A stretch of 64,000 nucleotides of DNA, from NCBI RefSeq assembly GCF_006345805.1, contig NC_043000.1, positions 72,168,001 to 72,232,000 on the forward strand, given 5' to 3'. The notes below the pieces were generated by a model. The model saw only the letters and a program-made list of their open reading frames with translations. It did not search any database and had not been told where the DNA came from. The translations under genes were made by a program, and so were the position numbers. Below are positions 41,040 to 54,252 of this stretch, one piece after another; position 1 is the first letter of the stretch; the number at the start of each line of letters is the position of its first letter. Source of the stretch: Octopus sinensis (lineage: Eukaryota).

Positions 41040-41463
41040 GTATGGAGAATATATTCTTTTATTCTTTTACTTGTTTCAGTCATTTGACTGCGACCATGCT
41101 GGAGCACCGCCTCTAGTCGAGCAAATCGACCCCAGGACTTATTCTTTGTAAGCCTAGTACTTATTCTATCGGTCTCTTTTTCCGAACCGCTAAGTTACAG
41201 GGACGTAAACACACCAGCATCGGCTGTCAAGCGATGTTGGGGGGACAAACACAGACACTCGAACACACACACACACTTATATATACATATACATATATAT
41301 GACGGGCTTCTTTCAGTTTCCGTCTACCAAATCCACTCACAAGGCTTTGGTCGGCGCGAGGCTATAGTAGAAGACACTTGCCCAAGGTGCCATGCAGAGG
41401 GCTTGAAACCCGGACCCATGTTGTTGGTAAGCAAGCTACTTACCACACAGCCACTCCTGCGCC
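41040..41463 (-). mobile_element. SINE family A, full length
   Basis: Highly similar to 6198-6606. Confidence 0.85.
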
Positions 41464-41879
41464 TAGATATAAAGATATTTTTTCACAGAGTGTATGTTCA
41501 TAGTTCACCTGAAATCATATTGGTATAGATATTCGTAAGGTGAGTTTAGCATAAATAATTTATAAAAACATATATAATAAAAACGAGAAGGATGGAAGGG
41601 AACAAAGAAAAATAAGGAATCACATGTTGCTTACAGTCTTTTGAATAGAAAAAAGGTATTAGTATATGCATTTTTTAGTTTGGCGGCTAAAAAGGATTTT
41701 TTTTTTTTTGTGTGTGTAATAAAGGAAAAAGTCATATGACCTCAATCCAGTTTCGATGATTTCAGCTTTTTAAAGTTTTATCTAATCGATTTCTATTTTT
41801 ATAAGAAGGGTGTTATCTATTTCCAGAGAGTGTCAGTCCATTTTTTGTGGGGGTATTGTCGCTATTATTTGTGTTGGTG

Positions 41880-43380
41880 GGATCTTTTCATTTTGAAGGC
41901 CAGATTTTTCAGATTTTTCTAGTTGACTAAATAATTTTAAACTTCGTATACTGGTAGAATGTGTCAAAAGAAAACATTAATTTCAACTACTTTTTTTAAG
42001 AAAAATGTATTTTATAAGTTTAAACGTAGTTTAAATCAGCGAATTTTAACCAATCGTATTGTCTGTTTTCATTTGAAAGCATTAACTGCATAGTGTTACT
42101 GTGACGTAGACAGCTATTCTGTGAAAATTTTAAACAGCGTGGGTAAGCAGTAAGCAAACAGCTGTGGTAGATGTGGTTATCATGGCAGTGGTGGTGGTGG
42201 TGTAGTGGTGACAGTGGATGTGTATGATGGCAGCAATTATAGTGTTGGTGTTTTTGTAGAGGTGGTGGTGGCGGCAGTGGATGATGATAGTAGTAGTGGC
42301 ATTGATTATGTTAGGATGTCTCAGTGGTGGTTGTGAAGATGATTCTGATATTGATAGTCTTTGCATTGAGGTGGCGGCAGAGTCAGAGTAAATAATAAGA
42401 GCCCAGTTATCACAAGATTCTTAAATTTCGGAGATCATAAGATAGAGAGCAAGAAGTTAAAAGTTCCAATACTGGCCCAATTCCTACACCCCAGATTCTT
42501 CAACTATTTTATAAGAAAGGGGTTAATGGCAGGATAGGGATTCAGCTTAAAAATAAATTGTATAACAAAAAATACATAAATAAATTACTCCTCCAACGAT
42601 GTAATTTTAGTATGTGTGTATGTATGTATGTGTGTGTGTGTGTGTGTATGTATGGATCAAAACAGTTTGATTCAAATTCTGTGGTACTTATATATTTATA
42701 CATACATATACATGTAGATGTATATAACATATATATATATTGTATGTAAACATCTTTTATATATATATAATGTATGCATCTATAATACACACACATTATA
42801 AATATATACACATATATGCATATGCATTAGAATATGTGTGTATAGGTGTATATATATATATATACTCCACGAAGTTTGAAAGTGTTTGGTTAGAAAAAAT
42901 TATTTTTTAAATCTGTAGGTCAAAAGGTAAAGATCCGGTATTTTAAATTTTTGTTGCATTTCTAATCTTTCTGATGTCTAAGGATGGATATTTATGCGTA
43001 TGAATCTTTTTCTTTTTATTTTGTTTCAAATATAATTCTAGGGAACTGAAAAAGCTGTGTACGATGCCAAGCGAATTTAGCTGTTTACGATAAGCGGATG
43101 TTTACATTTTAGCTATTTACATGTTTACGTTAACTACGTCACAAAATAGCTGTTTACGTCACAGTAACAATATTTTGAGAGGCAGTAAATGATATGAGGT
43201 CGAAAGAAAGAATACCATTGGTTAAAATTCGAATTATTAAACAACGTTAAACTTAGAAATTACAATTCCGTTTTCATTTTGGTTTACAATTATGTTTTCT
43301 TTTGACACATTCTACCAGTATACGAAGTTTCAAATTGTTTAGTTAACTAGGAAAATCTGGCCTTCAAAATGAAAAGATCC
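41880..43380. mobile_element. Mutator-like non-autonomous element with about 230-bp TIRs
   Basis: Termini GGATCTTTTCATTTTGAAGGCCAGATTTT / AAAATCTGGCCTTCAAAATGAAAAGATCC; 9-bp TSD GTGTTGGTG at 41871-79 and 43381-89. Confidence 0.9.
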
Positions 43381-43599
43381 GTGTTGGTGTTGCTGTTCAT
43401 ATTACAAGTCTGAATCTAGTGCAACGAAGTGGACCTCTCCAATGTTTACAATTCTGTTTTGGTCCACATGCGTATTCATTGAGGTATACTCATATATAAA
43501 CATTTATATACACATACGCACATACATACATGCACACATACATACACACACATGCACGCGCACGTACACATGCATATAAAAAATTTGAGGAGATAAGTA

Positions 43600-44890
43600 C
43601 GAGGGGCGTTCAATAAGTAATGCCCCTGACCCACTTCCCATACAAGTAGAGCAACGGAACTTGGCACAGTTATTGGTCTTTTTCTACATAGGAACCACTC
43701 AGAGTTACGCATTTCTCCCATCGTTTGATCCAGCTCTGGAGACCGTTTTTGTAAAAGACCCCAGCTTGGTCCTCCATCCACGACGTGACTTTAGAAATCA
43801 AGGCTGCATCATCTGGGAAATGCTTTCCTTTCAAAAACAACTTCATGGCTGGGAAGAGGTGAAAATCCGAGGGTGCAAGGTCAAGAGAGTAGGGGGTGGG
43901 GGAGGAGTTCATAGCCGCACGCCTGTGCTTCTGATCTGGCGACACGCGAGTTGTGGACCGGAGCGTTGTCCTGCAGGAGGAGGATGCCTTCGCTGATCTT
44001 GCCCCGCCTCTTGATTTTGATAGCTTCTCTTAATTTCCTCAAAAGTGAAGCATAATAGGCTCCTGTAATTGTGGTACTCTTTGCCAGGAAATCTATCATC
44101 ACTACTCCGTCCTGGTCCCAGAAGACTGTGAGCATGACCTTGCCAGCAGAGGGCTGCACCCTTGCCTTCTTTGGAGGAGGTGAGTCACGGTGCTTCCGCT
44201 GCATTGACTGGGCTTTGGTCTCTGGATCATAGTGATGGACCCAGGTTTCATCCTGTGTAATCAGTCTTTTGAAAAAGTTTGACTCATCTTCTTGGTACGT
44301 CTCCAAATTCATCCTCGAGCACTCAACGCGTTCTTGCTTCTGGAAAGGTGTGAGCAACCTGGGAATCCATCTGGCAGACACCTTTTGCATATGCAACTGG
44401 TCATGAATGATAGTTTCCACTGACCCGGTACTAATCTTGACCTCATGGGCTATTTGGCGAATAGTTATGCGTCGATCTTCCAAAATGGCAGCCTCAACTT
44501 GACGGACAGATGCCTCATCAATGGCAGAAGGGGGTCGACCAGATCTGGGAGCTGTTTCCACAGAGTTCCGACCATGTTTGAATTCACAATGCCAGCGTTT
44601 TACAAGGTCATATGATGGGGCATCATCACCATAAGTTACTTTCATTTCATCAAAAGTCTCCCGTGGTGTGCGTCCTTTCAAATACAAAAACCAGACCACT
44701 GCTCGACACTCAACAGGCTCCATTTCACACTTGACTCAGTTCAAACACCTGTAAATCAGAAACCACAATTAGTTCAGAGCTGTAATTTGCCACTTAATAT
44801 ATAGAGATATAAATAATTGCACATGCAAAATTTCAACTAGATCACACACCTGGAAGTGGTTCAGAGGCATTACTTATTGAACGTCCCTCG
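43600..44890 (-). mobile_element. Nearly intact mariner (DD34D) element
   Basis: TA-flanked, closely matching TIRs CGAGGGGCGTTCAATAAGTAATGCC / GGCATTACTTATTGAACGTCCCTCG; 1291 bp. Confidence 0.95.
43670..44723 (-). pseudogene. Mariner transposase with a single frameshift in a poly-C run
   Basis: HTH region, WIPRLL, ITQDETW, LLQDNAP; after the C-run near 43892-96 the second frame continues YSLDLAPSDFHLF..YVEKDQ*. Confidence 0.9.
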
Positions 44891-45094
44891 TATGATCCAG
44901 GCCATCATCTCGTTAGGTTCATGTAAGAATCTAGTTAGCGTAGAATTCAGTTACCTGAATAAATATCAAACTCCCATAGATTATAAAGAAGAGCACTTCG
45001 TAAATCCAAGGTATAGTGCAATAGGCATAAAATAGAAAGCACAAAGTGATTGCAGGTTCACACACACACACACACATACACACACACACACACA

Positions 45095-45132
<38 letters not shown>

Positions 45133-46384
45133 TAATAGCGGGAAATGACTATGGTTTGACAGGCTTGGTATCGTTCGATTGTTGAAGTGACTTATGTGAT
45201 ATAAGTACTTTATAAGTATGATAAGAGTATTCTGCATATTAGTGAAACTTGAGATTAAGACTGAAGCATTGTTGAAACAATAATGACAACTGGATAAAGA
45301 TAGCGACAAATGTACATAAAATTTATGAAATTTACTACATTTGGTTGGCAACAAGTCTGAATAGATGAACACACATTAAACACGATATATTCATAAATAC
45401 ATTGGTCCCACATACCCCGCATATACCTTTTTGGAATGAATTGGGACCGTAAATAGGAAATGCGTCAACCCCAAAACAAAACAGACATGCTAGTTAGACT
45501 CAAGAACAAATACTTTGCAGTACATTACTCACAATACACACATATAGCATTACGTAACTGTAGTATTAACATAGTATGTATATTTCGTATGTTAGTGAAT
45601 CTTACTCTATATTGAACTGTATCTAAAGTATGTTATTAAAAAAAAACCTTCAGTGCATCGGATCGTAATTTCAGGTTTGCTCTTGTGAAGTGTAACACAA
45701 TTTGGTATCTCGCATTGACTTTCTCCACTCTGTCTATTTTTATATATGTATATACAGTATATACAATAATATATACATATAATAATAATACAGCACTAAA
45801 GGCGGTGCTCCAGCATGGCCGCAATCTAATGACTGGAACAGGTAAAAGAATAAAAGAATACATATACTAACACAAACACACACACACACACACACACACA
45901 TAAACTTCGTTTTTGTATCTGGTTTGCAAGATTCTTTATGTGAATTCGTGTGTTGAAACAAATTTTGTTGTGTCTAGGGAGAGTCATTACGCCGATATAA
46001 TTAACACATGCACTGTTTCAATTCCACTCCTTTATTATTAGTTAATTTGTTAAATATTCAACTAACTAATTTGTTTTGTTGCTGTCAGCGTTGCTTGTGC
46101 TTGTGTATGTACGTATGTACATATGTATGTATGTATGCTGCATATTCATGTGTTTGTGAGTATGCATGTGTACCTGTTGTGTATGCATGTGTGTCTATAT
46201 ATGCTTTTGTGTTGTGCGTGTGTGAAATGTGTGTGTATATGTGTTTCTGTCTCCTTACCCGTGAGTGTGTGTGTTAGCTTGTCTGTCTGTATTACCTATG
46301 TACCTACCTACCAATCTATCTATCTATCTATCTCTTTCTCCTTATATATATATTTCCTTATATATGTATTTCCTACCTACTATA

Positions 46385-46760
46385 GGTAACGTTTCATTTA
46401 TGAAGACGTACCCATGTATTTAAGTGATGGCTCCATTGGATACTTAGACAAAATGCAGATGTCAGTTCCCCCAAGTGTGCCGCCATATTGGTCTTTGACA
46501 TGTTGATAGTGTATGGAGAATTGTTTCTTGTCATTATATTATCTCGAGTGTCCATTTAGTCGTTTCCCCTATACTCCTAGAAGTCGTGTTTTTGTCCTTA
46601 CAAACTCCTTCTATGCACCATATGCTGTAGACTACGTTTCTAGTTTTACAGTTAATACCAGGGTTAATCTTACATACTACAAAGATCTCATTAGTGCATG
46701 TGGTATTCTCAAAGATCTCATTAGTGCATGTGGTATGTCCTACATAATTGTGATCTGATG
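46385..46760 (-). mobile_element. Penelope-like GIY-YIG endonuclease remnant
   Basis: INCKTRNVVYSIWC..C..IGET pattern in ORF 46534-46782; contains a 30-bp-period tandem duplication at 46680-46736. Confidence 0.65.
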
Positions 46761-49700
46761 GGGCTCCCTGGCTTCTCAACAATTTTAATGTTGAGTTGGG
46801 TGCCGTTCATAGCCTTCCTAAATCTACTGCTAATTCCCATGAGGTATGGCCTCTACAAACGTCACTCCACTAAGTTCGTTGAGAAGCCAGGGAGCTCATG
46901 TTTCTTGTCAACCGAAACTAGTGTACCTTGGAAGCATCCGTTTCGCAAGTGGAGACCACACCCGTTCACCATCGAGGAGAAGCCAGAGGTGCCTCAACTT
47001 CAGCGAATGCTTGTGCATCAACAGCCAAGACATCCTTAGTTCTCCTTTCAATGGCTTCTGACAAGTGGAGTCGAGCCCTTCCACAAAAAGCGGAAGATCT
47101 GTCTCTCCAACTTGCTCAACCACGAATCAGGACAGGAAACGACGTTTAAACTGTAAATAATGACCAATGCGATAAACACATTGGCCACCTCCACCCTCCT
47201 TTTCAAGGATAGCCACTGCCAAGATCAGGTCTTGATTATGAGGGTCACCTTGCTCGATACCTCTGCCCAGTTCTTTTCTACCTGTAGGTCTGGGTCAAAC
47301 CAGACTCCTAGCAATTTAACCGGACCCTCCATCCAACGTCCCACGATGCTATTAGAAGGCACCGACTTGCCCCTCCAGGTGCCGAGTTGCAAGCCGACTG
47401 ATTTTTCCCGGTTAATCTCTGCTCCTGCCACCGTCTCGTAAACCTCAATGGTTTCGCCTACCCTATGTAGGTGTTCCATCTTGGTCACGATGATGGTGAT
47501 GTCGTCCGCGTATGCTGAGACCGATTCTCCGTCAACTGGTTCCCTCGGGATGCCACACAACTTTCGCAGTAACGGCTCCAGAGCCATTACATACAGAATC
47601 AGTTAGAGTGAACATCCTTGGCGAACCGAGTGCATGATACAGAACGGCTTAGAAAGAAAGTAGTTCACCCGAACGATCGAATCGATGTCATATAACTGTG
47701 TGATCCACCTGAGGAAGCCAAGACTGAGCCCGAACTGCGCGATAACGGACACCAGGTAGCGATGGTCAACCCTATCGAATGCTTTAGATTGGTCTAACTG
47801 GACCAGAGCCCCACCCTTGACAGAATCATTACCTTCTAAGGTGTAATGTATAAGATGGAGATTATCCTGGATGCTTCTGCCGGAGACAGTACAAGTCTGT
47901 GTCTTGCCGATTAGACCATCCGCGACAAGCACCAATCTTTTTGCTAGCACCTTGGCCAAAATCTTCAACTCTGTATTTAACAGAGTGATGGGCCTAAAAT
48001 TATCTATTCTATCCCCCTTGTCCAGTTCCTTTCTGACCAGAGTCATCACTCCCCGGCGCACAGACATGACAATCATTCCGTTCTGCTGCCAGTTCGTGTA
48101 AAACCCGGCCAGTAGGTGCCCGAACACGTCTGGCAAACTTTTATATAATTCGTAAGGTAGACCATCAAGACCCGGCGCCCTACCAACGCCGCAACCTGCT
48201 ATAGCCTCTATCACTTCCTCAGATGTGATCGACCCTTCACAGCACTCCGCATCCCGCCTCGAGAGATGCGGCAGCCCAGCGAGGAAGTCCGTAAGATCCA
48301 ACCTACTATTCGGTCCATCGCTCCCCACGAAAAGCTGGGCGAAATGCTCCTGAATAGTCTTACACATCTCCTCGGGTTCATTTATCAACTCACCTTGTAG
48401 GTTCTCCACATATCGAACTGTAGAATTATTTCCACGTTGGGCTTCCACCACTCGGGCCCATCCAGCGGTCTGATCCTCTCGCAGCTCATTGCACGAAGTC
48501 TAGCCTTGACAATATACCCCATGTGCTTGGCTTCGAGGTGCTGGTTTAGTTCCAGTCTCTTCACCTTCATCTTAGATGCACAGCCAGCCACCATGCCTTC
48601 TTCTAGAGCCTTACCTAGTTCTTCTTCCCTCCTACGTTCTCTAGCCACTAAATCTATTCTATATCATCTAATAGTCTCAAATTTAATGGCTCTTTTGCGG
48701 GCATACTACAATTTCTTGTTAATAATGGTATCTGTCAATGCCCTCTGTATCAACAACTTAATCTTGTTCCTGTACTCTTCAATCGCCAAAAGGGACTTGT
48801 TGAGTTTCCAATAGCCGGAGCTTTTACCAAGTAACTTATCTAGGTTCAGCTAACAAGTGACAAACTTGTGATCACTGTAGCTGACCGGGTGAAACTGTGG
48901 ACACTTAGCTACGTCCTTGTATATTTTTCTAATTAGGATCCTATATATGTACGACCCTGAAGACCCGTCGCCACTTAACCACGTCCACAATGGGGCATTC
49001 AAGAATTCTAGTCTGTATGGATCTACTAGCTGAAAGCGACTTAGTAGATCTCGGAAGCCAGGATGCGATCTCCTATTCGTACTCGAGCCAACACTATCCA
49101 TGGGTGCATCGTGAATAGTGAAAAGTATCCTAACAAGACTAACGGATGCGTGTACCAAGAAACTTCTCTAGGTCTCTAAAATACTCAGTCATCCAGAATT
49201 GGGGGCGTAAATTGCCACCAGTTTGATTTTCTTACCATAACTGAAAGTCAAATCTAAGACGACCAGCCTACCTTCTGGGTCAGCAAAAATCCATCTTTTC
49301 TCTGAAACCCGGTTTCTTTTTAGTAGGACCAACATCCCACCTCCGCCAGCAGGCCTGTCTGGAGAAGTAAATTTCTCGTAACTGTCCAGCAGCGGGAGCA
49401 GACCTCTTGGTCCTTTTAACCATATTTCAGTAGGAACAATAACGTCTAACTTTCTTGACCTAACATCATTTAAGAAATGCCCTTGTTTCCAACTTGACGT
49501 CAGGCCACGCACATTTAAACATCCTACGTGAACAGCCATAAATCTTACCTTAGTTAATCAGATAGTTCATCGCTTTGAGGCGGAAGTGGGGAATCCGCCT
49601 CCTTTTCTTTTTCTCGGTCTCGTGGAGTTGGAGTGTGTATGCCCTCGTACATTTGAGGTGATATATCCCATGTCAAAGGGCCTACATCATCTCTAAAGTC

Positions 49701-50990
49701 ATTTACAAATATATTATAAGTTTTTCGATCAACCTTGTATATCTCACACCTGTCTCTCACATCTTCGTTCTCTATTTTTTTAATATTTTTTATACATTCC
49801 AGGCGCTTTACCAGCCTCCTTTGAGAAACTCTCACCGCCATATACAATTCCTCCTATTTTTTCTGGCTTTTTCACCTTTTTTACAGTTTCTTGGGTCTTT
49901 TCTGGGGAGGTTGGTTTCATCTTTCTTTTGTTTTTTACGATTGCCCAGTCCTCCCCTTCTTTGTTATTCTTTGGCGCTCTGCTTTTTGTTCTTCTGCTTT
50001 GTTTTCTTCTTTCTCACCTTCCTCTTCTTTTCCTTCCTGGGAGGTTTTACATTCTGACCTAATGTGGCCTTTCATGCCACACTTCCAGGGTTAGTGTCTC
50101 CGCTTGAATCAACATCTTCACCGTTTGACTCGTCCATTTCTTTTCTTCTTTAACTTTTGCTAATAACAGCGTTATTTTCTCTTCCAAATCCAGCATTATT
50201 GCCGCTACTAGCCATTCAGCATTGACCTCCGGCGGTATATTGCCAATTTTAATCCTCGAGGTTCTCCTCCCCATGTATATGGGCATGAGTACCACCTCCT
50301 CCGTTCTAAATGGTTCGACTGAGTGAAGTTTTGTTTTCTCGGCCGACTCCATCCTCACATCAATGGTTGCATATCTTTTTCCTCTCGTTAAGTGTTTGAT
50401 CTCTCTCCATATGGGCTTCAAACATTTTTCTATATATTTTTCTTGAACATATTCTATTTTTCTCTTTTACATTACATGATTTGTATATAATCGTCTTTTG
50501 CAACATATCTGTTGCAATATCTTGTGGAGGGACCACTTTAATTTCGGTCCCCTCCCTTGACAATAAATTCCTATGTTCCTTCAACTTTTCAGTGTTAATT
50601 CTTTTTGTCTTGCTCCCGGCTGCTGCCGCAAAGTTCATCTCTATTGTATTACTTTGCGCTTCACCAGTTGCAAGACTAAGTACTGCTATGTTCTTCCTTA
50701 CAATTCGTAACTAAAGCATTTCCATTCTAGATGTTTTAGTTGTACTAGGCTCATGCTGGTTGTTCTTCGGTGAGTCTTCCCTTTGGCACTTCTTCGGTGA
50801 GTTTTGGTTTGGAGAGCCGCTCTCCAAAGACAATCATTTTGGTGTATTTACTTGTTCCATTTCAAAATGGCAACACACAAAAATTCGCGCAGAAAATTAT
50901 TATAAACAACAATTTGCTTTACAATAAAGCAATAAACGCTTCTCTTTTTAAAACAAATATCAACAACAACAACAATTTTCTCACCTTCAG
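46760..50990 (-). mobile_element. Tx1-like LINE with ORF1 and ORF2 remnants, 3'-truncated
   Basis: APE endonuclease GCLNVRGL..DVIVPTE..AIYAPN, D..SDH; RT APGLDGLPYE..FRPITLLN..KAFDRVDH..VRQGC..AYADDIT; ORF1 fragments at 49554-50750. Many stops and frameshifts. Confidence 0.9.
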
Positions 50991-51099
50991 TAATAACACA
51001 ACCAAACAATGTTCTAAGAAATTTCTTTCTTTCTTGCCCACAAGGGGCCAACGAAGAGGGGACAATACAGAACATGTGGGGACATATAACATATGAAGA

Positions 51100-51600
51100 T
51101 GAATGATATTTGTACAAATGAAGATGAGACGGCCACCTCGGCTCCACTCTGTGTTTGTTTTACCTGGTTTCTTCCTTTTCCTTTTCTTACCGGCTGCTTC
51201 CCATTCTCCTGATTCACCTTCTTTTTCTTCTGTTTCTACTGGTGGTGGTAGAGGTGGTGGTGTTACTTCTGTTTTTCTTGCTTGTTCTTCCTCCTTTTGG
51301 TCTTGTAGAGGTCAGTTTGTCTAATGGTGGCCTGGAGAACCGCTATCTCTTCCTCATTATCGAGTAAGACAGGGGCTGCTATCCAGGCTGCGTCAACCTC
51401 TGGTGGGATTCCTTCCATACTGACCTTTACCGAGCGTCTTCCATGGTACGTAGGAAACAACATCACTTCGTCGCTCTTTAAAATAATTGCCGTATTCATC
51501 CTTGCGAAGTCCGCATCTTTAAATCCTACTTCTATTGTTCCTTACTTGGCCCCTCTGGCAAGATACTTTATCTCTTGACAGATTGGCCTTAGTGCCTTCT
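51100..51600 (-). mobile_element. Tx1-like ORF1 remnant lacking the zinc knuckle
   Basis: YHGRRSVKVSMEGIPPEVDAAWIAA, similar to 52520-52882. Confidence 0.7.
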
Positions 51601-52019
51601 CCACTTGGCTCGTTGTCATTATTTCAATCTTGCCAGAAGCTACCGAATGTGTCTTCTATGTAACGGTACACTTCCTTCTGTTGACAATCAAAACCTCTGG
51701 GGATGGGGAGGGGGGCTGAATTGGTTTCTTCACGCCTCATCGTTTTTGTATAACTTTTCCATTCATCCCATTCCATTCGGTGCTCTTTCATCTTTGCAAT
51801 CTCTGCAAAGCTTCTGTCTTCTCTCGCCTGTTTTTTCTGTCTTACTCAACGAAATATCAGACAGGAAAAAAAAACCGAAAAAAAGAAGCACTGTTTCAAA
51901 AACGTATGTTATAATGGATAAAAAATGAAAATGAGAAATGGTATGAAGTTCTCTCAGCCCCACCTCTGAGTCACTTCATTTATACCTTTTTCACTTTTAT
52001 ATTTAGTTCCTGCGAAGAC

Positions 52020-52900
52020 ATCAGTGCATAATCCAAATGCCATGGTAAATTTTCAACATCCAGTTCAATTCGTCATATTTCATGTCCGCTTTTAAACATT
52101 TTGATTTTTTCTTTGTGTTCCTCGTTTAATAACAAGCAGCAATGCCACCCTTGTACATCATCAAACTTATTCGTGTCCACTGATCGTATGTCCTTCCACT
52201 TCCTAATTTCCTCGCACAGTTTCTTCTTTGTATTGTCATACATAGTTGTTCTTTTTCTTTTTCTTGGAAGGTGAGGAAGTTGAAAGGCTTGTGTCCGAAT
52301 GTATTTGTTTGTGTGTCAGAGGGGAGTGGGCAGGTGTGTCATAGGATGGGTGGGAGGAAGAGGGCGTGTGTGGGTGCTGGGTGGGGTGGGGTGGGGTTCT
52401 GTATTTGCTTTGCCTGTCTTCCTCCTCCTTTTCCTTTTCTTACCAGCTGCCTCCCATTCTCCTTCTGATTTGCCTTCTTTTTCTTCTGTTTCTACTGGTG
52501 ATGTTGGTGTTACTTCAGCTTATCTTACTTGTTCTTCCTCCTTCTTTTTGTCTTGTAGAGGGCAGTTTGCTCTAATGTGGCCTTTCTGTCCACACTTGTA
52601 GCATCGAGGGATCTTGCCCTCTACTTTGACTACCATTATTATATCTTCTACTGCTATGGTCTCCGGTAATTCATCAATAATCTCTCTCGGCCCTTGTATA
52701 ACCATAGTTAGTGTTTGGCCTTTCCAATTCCTACTTTCCGTCCAAGTGGCCTGGAGAACCGCTATCTCCTCATTACCAAATAAGACAGCGGCTGCTATCC
52801 AGGCTGCGTCAACCTCTGGTGGGATTCCTTCCACATTGACCTTTACCGATCGTCTTCCATGGTACGCAGGCAACAACACCACTTCGTCGCTCTTTTTTGT
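52020..52900 (-). mobile_element. Tx1-like ORF1 remnant with CCHC knuckle
   Basis: YHGRRSVKVNVEGIPPEV..CYKCGQKGHIRANC followed by a K/E-rich tail. Confidence 0.75.
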
Positions 52901-53749
52901 AAAAAAATTTAAAAGTGATTTTGTTGTTATGGCTGTTTGGAGCGTTATAATCCTTACTATGCGGACCGATTTTGGCCATTTTCATTTTTAACTTAAAAAC
53001 CATGGGAGGAACCTTTTTGGTAAAAAAAATTCCCAAACAAATTGTAAAAATTTTTAGAGGAAAAGGTGAACAATTCAAGGGAGGTTTCACTGTTATTTCG
53101 AGCACAACGCAAACCACCCTCCCTTTTGTCTCTCACATGTATTGCTGTTTATTCAATATTTTTCTCCCATTAAACACATTTTATAGAATGATGATGCCGA
53201 AGTAACACATGCGTGGTCTATTGGTGTATGAAAAAATAAAATAAATTGTAATCTAAATGTTTACCCCCACCTGAATCAAGCGAAGCCGTGTGTGTGTGTG
53301 TGTAACAAAAGACATTTCCTAACCGAAAAGTACGCTATTAAAATGAATTATCCTTTACATAACTCTTTTTTAAAAAATCAACAAGGATTACAGCGTGGAA
53401 GATGTGTGTAAACCATTCAAGAACATTATGAAGGGAAAAAAGTGAAATCATGTGAATTTTCCAAAACTCCTCTCTCCACCCCCTCAAAAAAATTCTTCCC
53501 CATAAATCCCTGTATACTCTGAAGCCACAACATCTTAGCGGTATTGGTTTTGTAGAAAATTTTATTAAAAAGTATCCATTTTTCTGGATGTTATGAGGCA
53601 ACAAAATCGGGGGCATATACATCTGTAGTAATGCCCTTTTATTTATACGATATATAAGAAATAATTGAGATTCAGTTGAATTAGGTATTTAAGTTGAAGC
53701 ACCAAGTCAGTCCGGTATTATCCGCGTAGCTCGAAGTAAGGTGAATAAA

Positions 53750-53815
53750 ATCAAAATAAGCAACAGGATATCAAGAATTACTGCATCACTTCTTGATATC
53801 CTGTTGCTTATTTTG

Positions 53816-53817
<2 letters not shown>
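53750..53817. repeat. Perfect 28-bp inverted repeat with a 12-nt loop
   Basis: 53750-53777 is the exact reverse complement of 53790-53817. Confidence 0.95.
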
Positions 53818-53855
<38 letters not shown>

Positions 53856-53968
53856 ACACACATATATATATGTATGTATGTATATAGTGATTCCAATCAA
53901 AGAAGAACAAACATGAAAAAACAACAACGCTTGGACGTGGTACAAGTAATGTATTATCAGACGCTCAG

Positions 53969-54008
<40 letters not shown>

Positions 54009-54162
54009 GTGAAATAGAAAGATGAATAATCTTGTAGTAGATTAATCAACAGTTTAACCGATACCTTAGTAGCAAAAATCACAGCAGTAAACTTAGGAGC
54101 ACAGTTCGATTTGTTTTTTGCTCCGCCTCTGTTCTGTTTTTGTTTTTCCAACGGATTTCCTT

Positions 54163-54252
54163 TTTTCTTCCTGAAGAGAAAGACACAATATGGTCCCATT
54201 ATTCAATCGGATTTTGGTAATTTGTGCCTTTCGAAACACGTGTAGAATGAAA
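54163..54252 (+). ncRNA. Type I hammerhead ribozyme
   Basis: Stem I TTTTCTTC/GAATGAAA (one mismatch, one GU); CTGAAGA at 54171-77; stem II GAAAGACACAA/TTGTGCCTTTC; GAAA at 54233-36; C[ACGT]G; GUA at 54242-44. Confidence 0.8.

Noticed and set aside
52900-53640. Several 77-102 aa ORFs after the Tx1 remnant
   Set aside because: Homopolymer-rich, possibly low-quality sequence with no recognisable domain or splice pattern.
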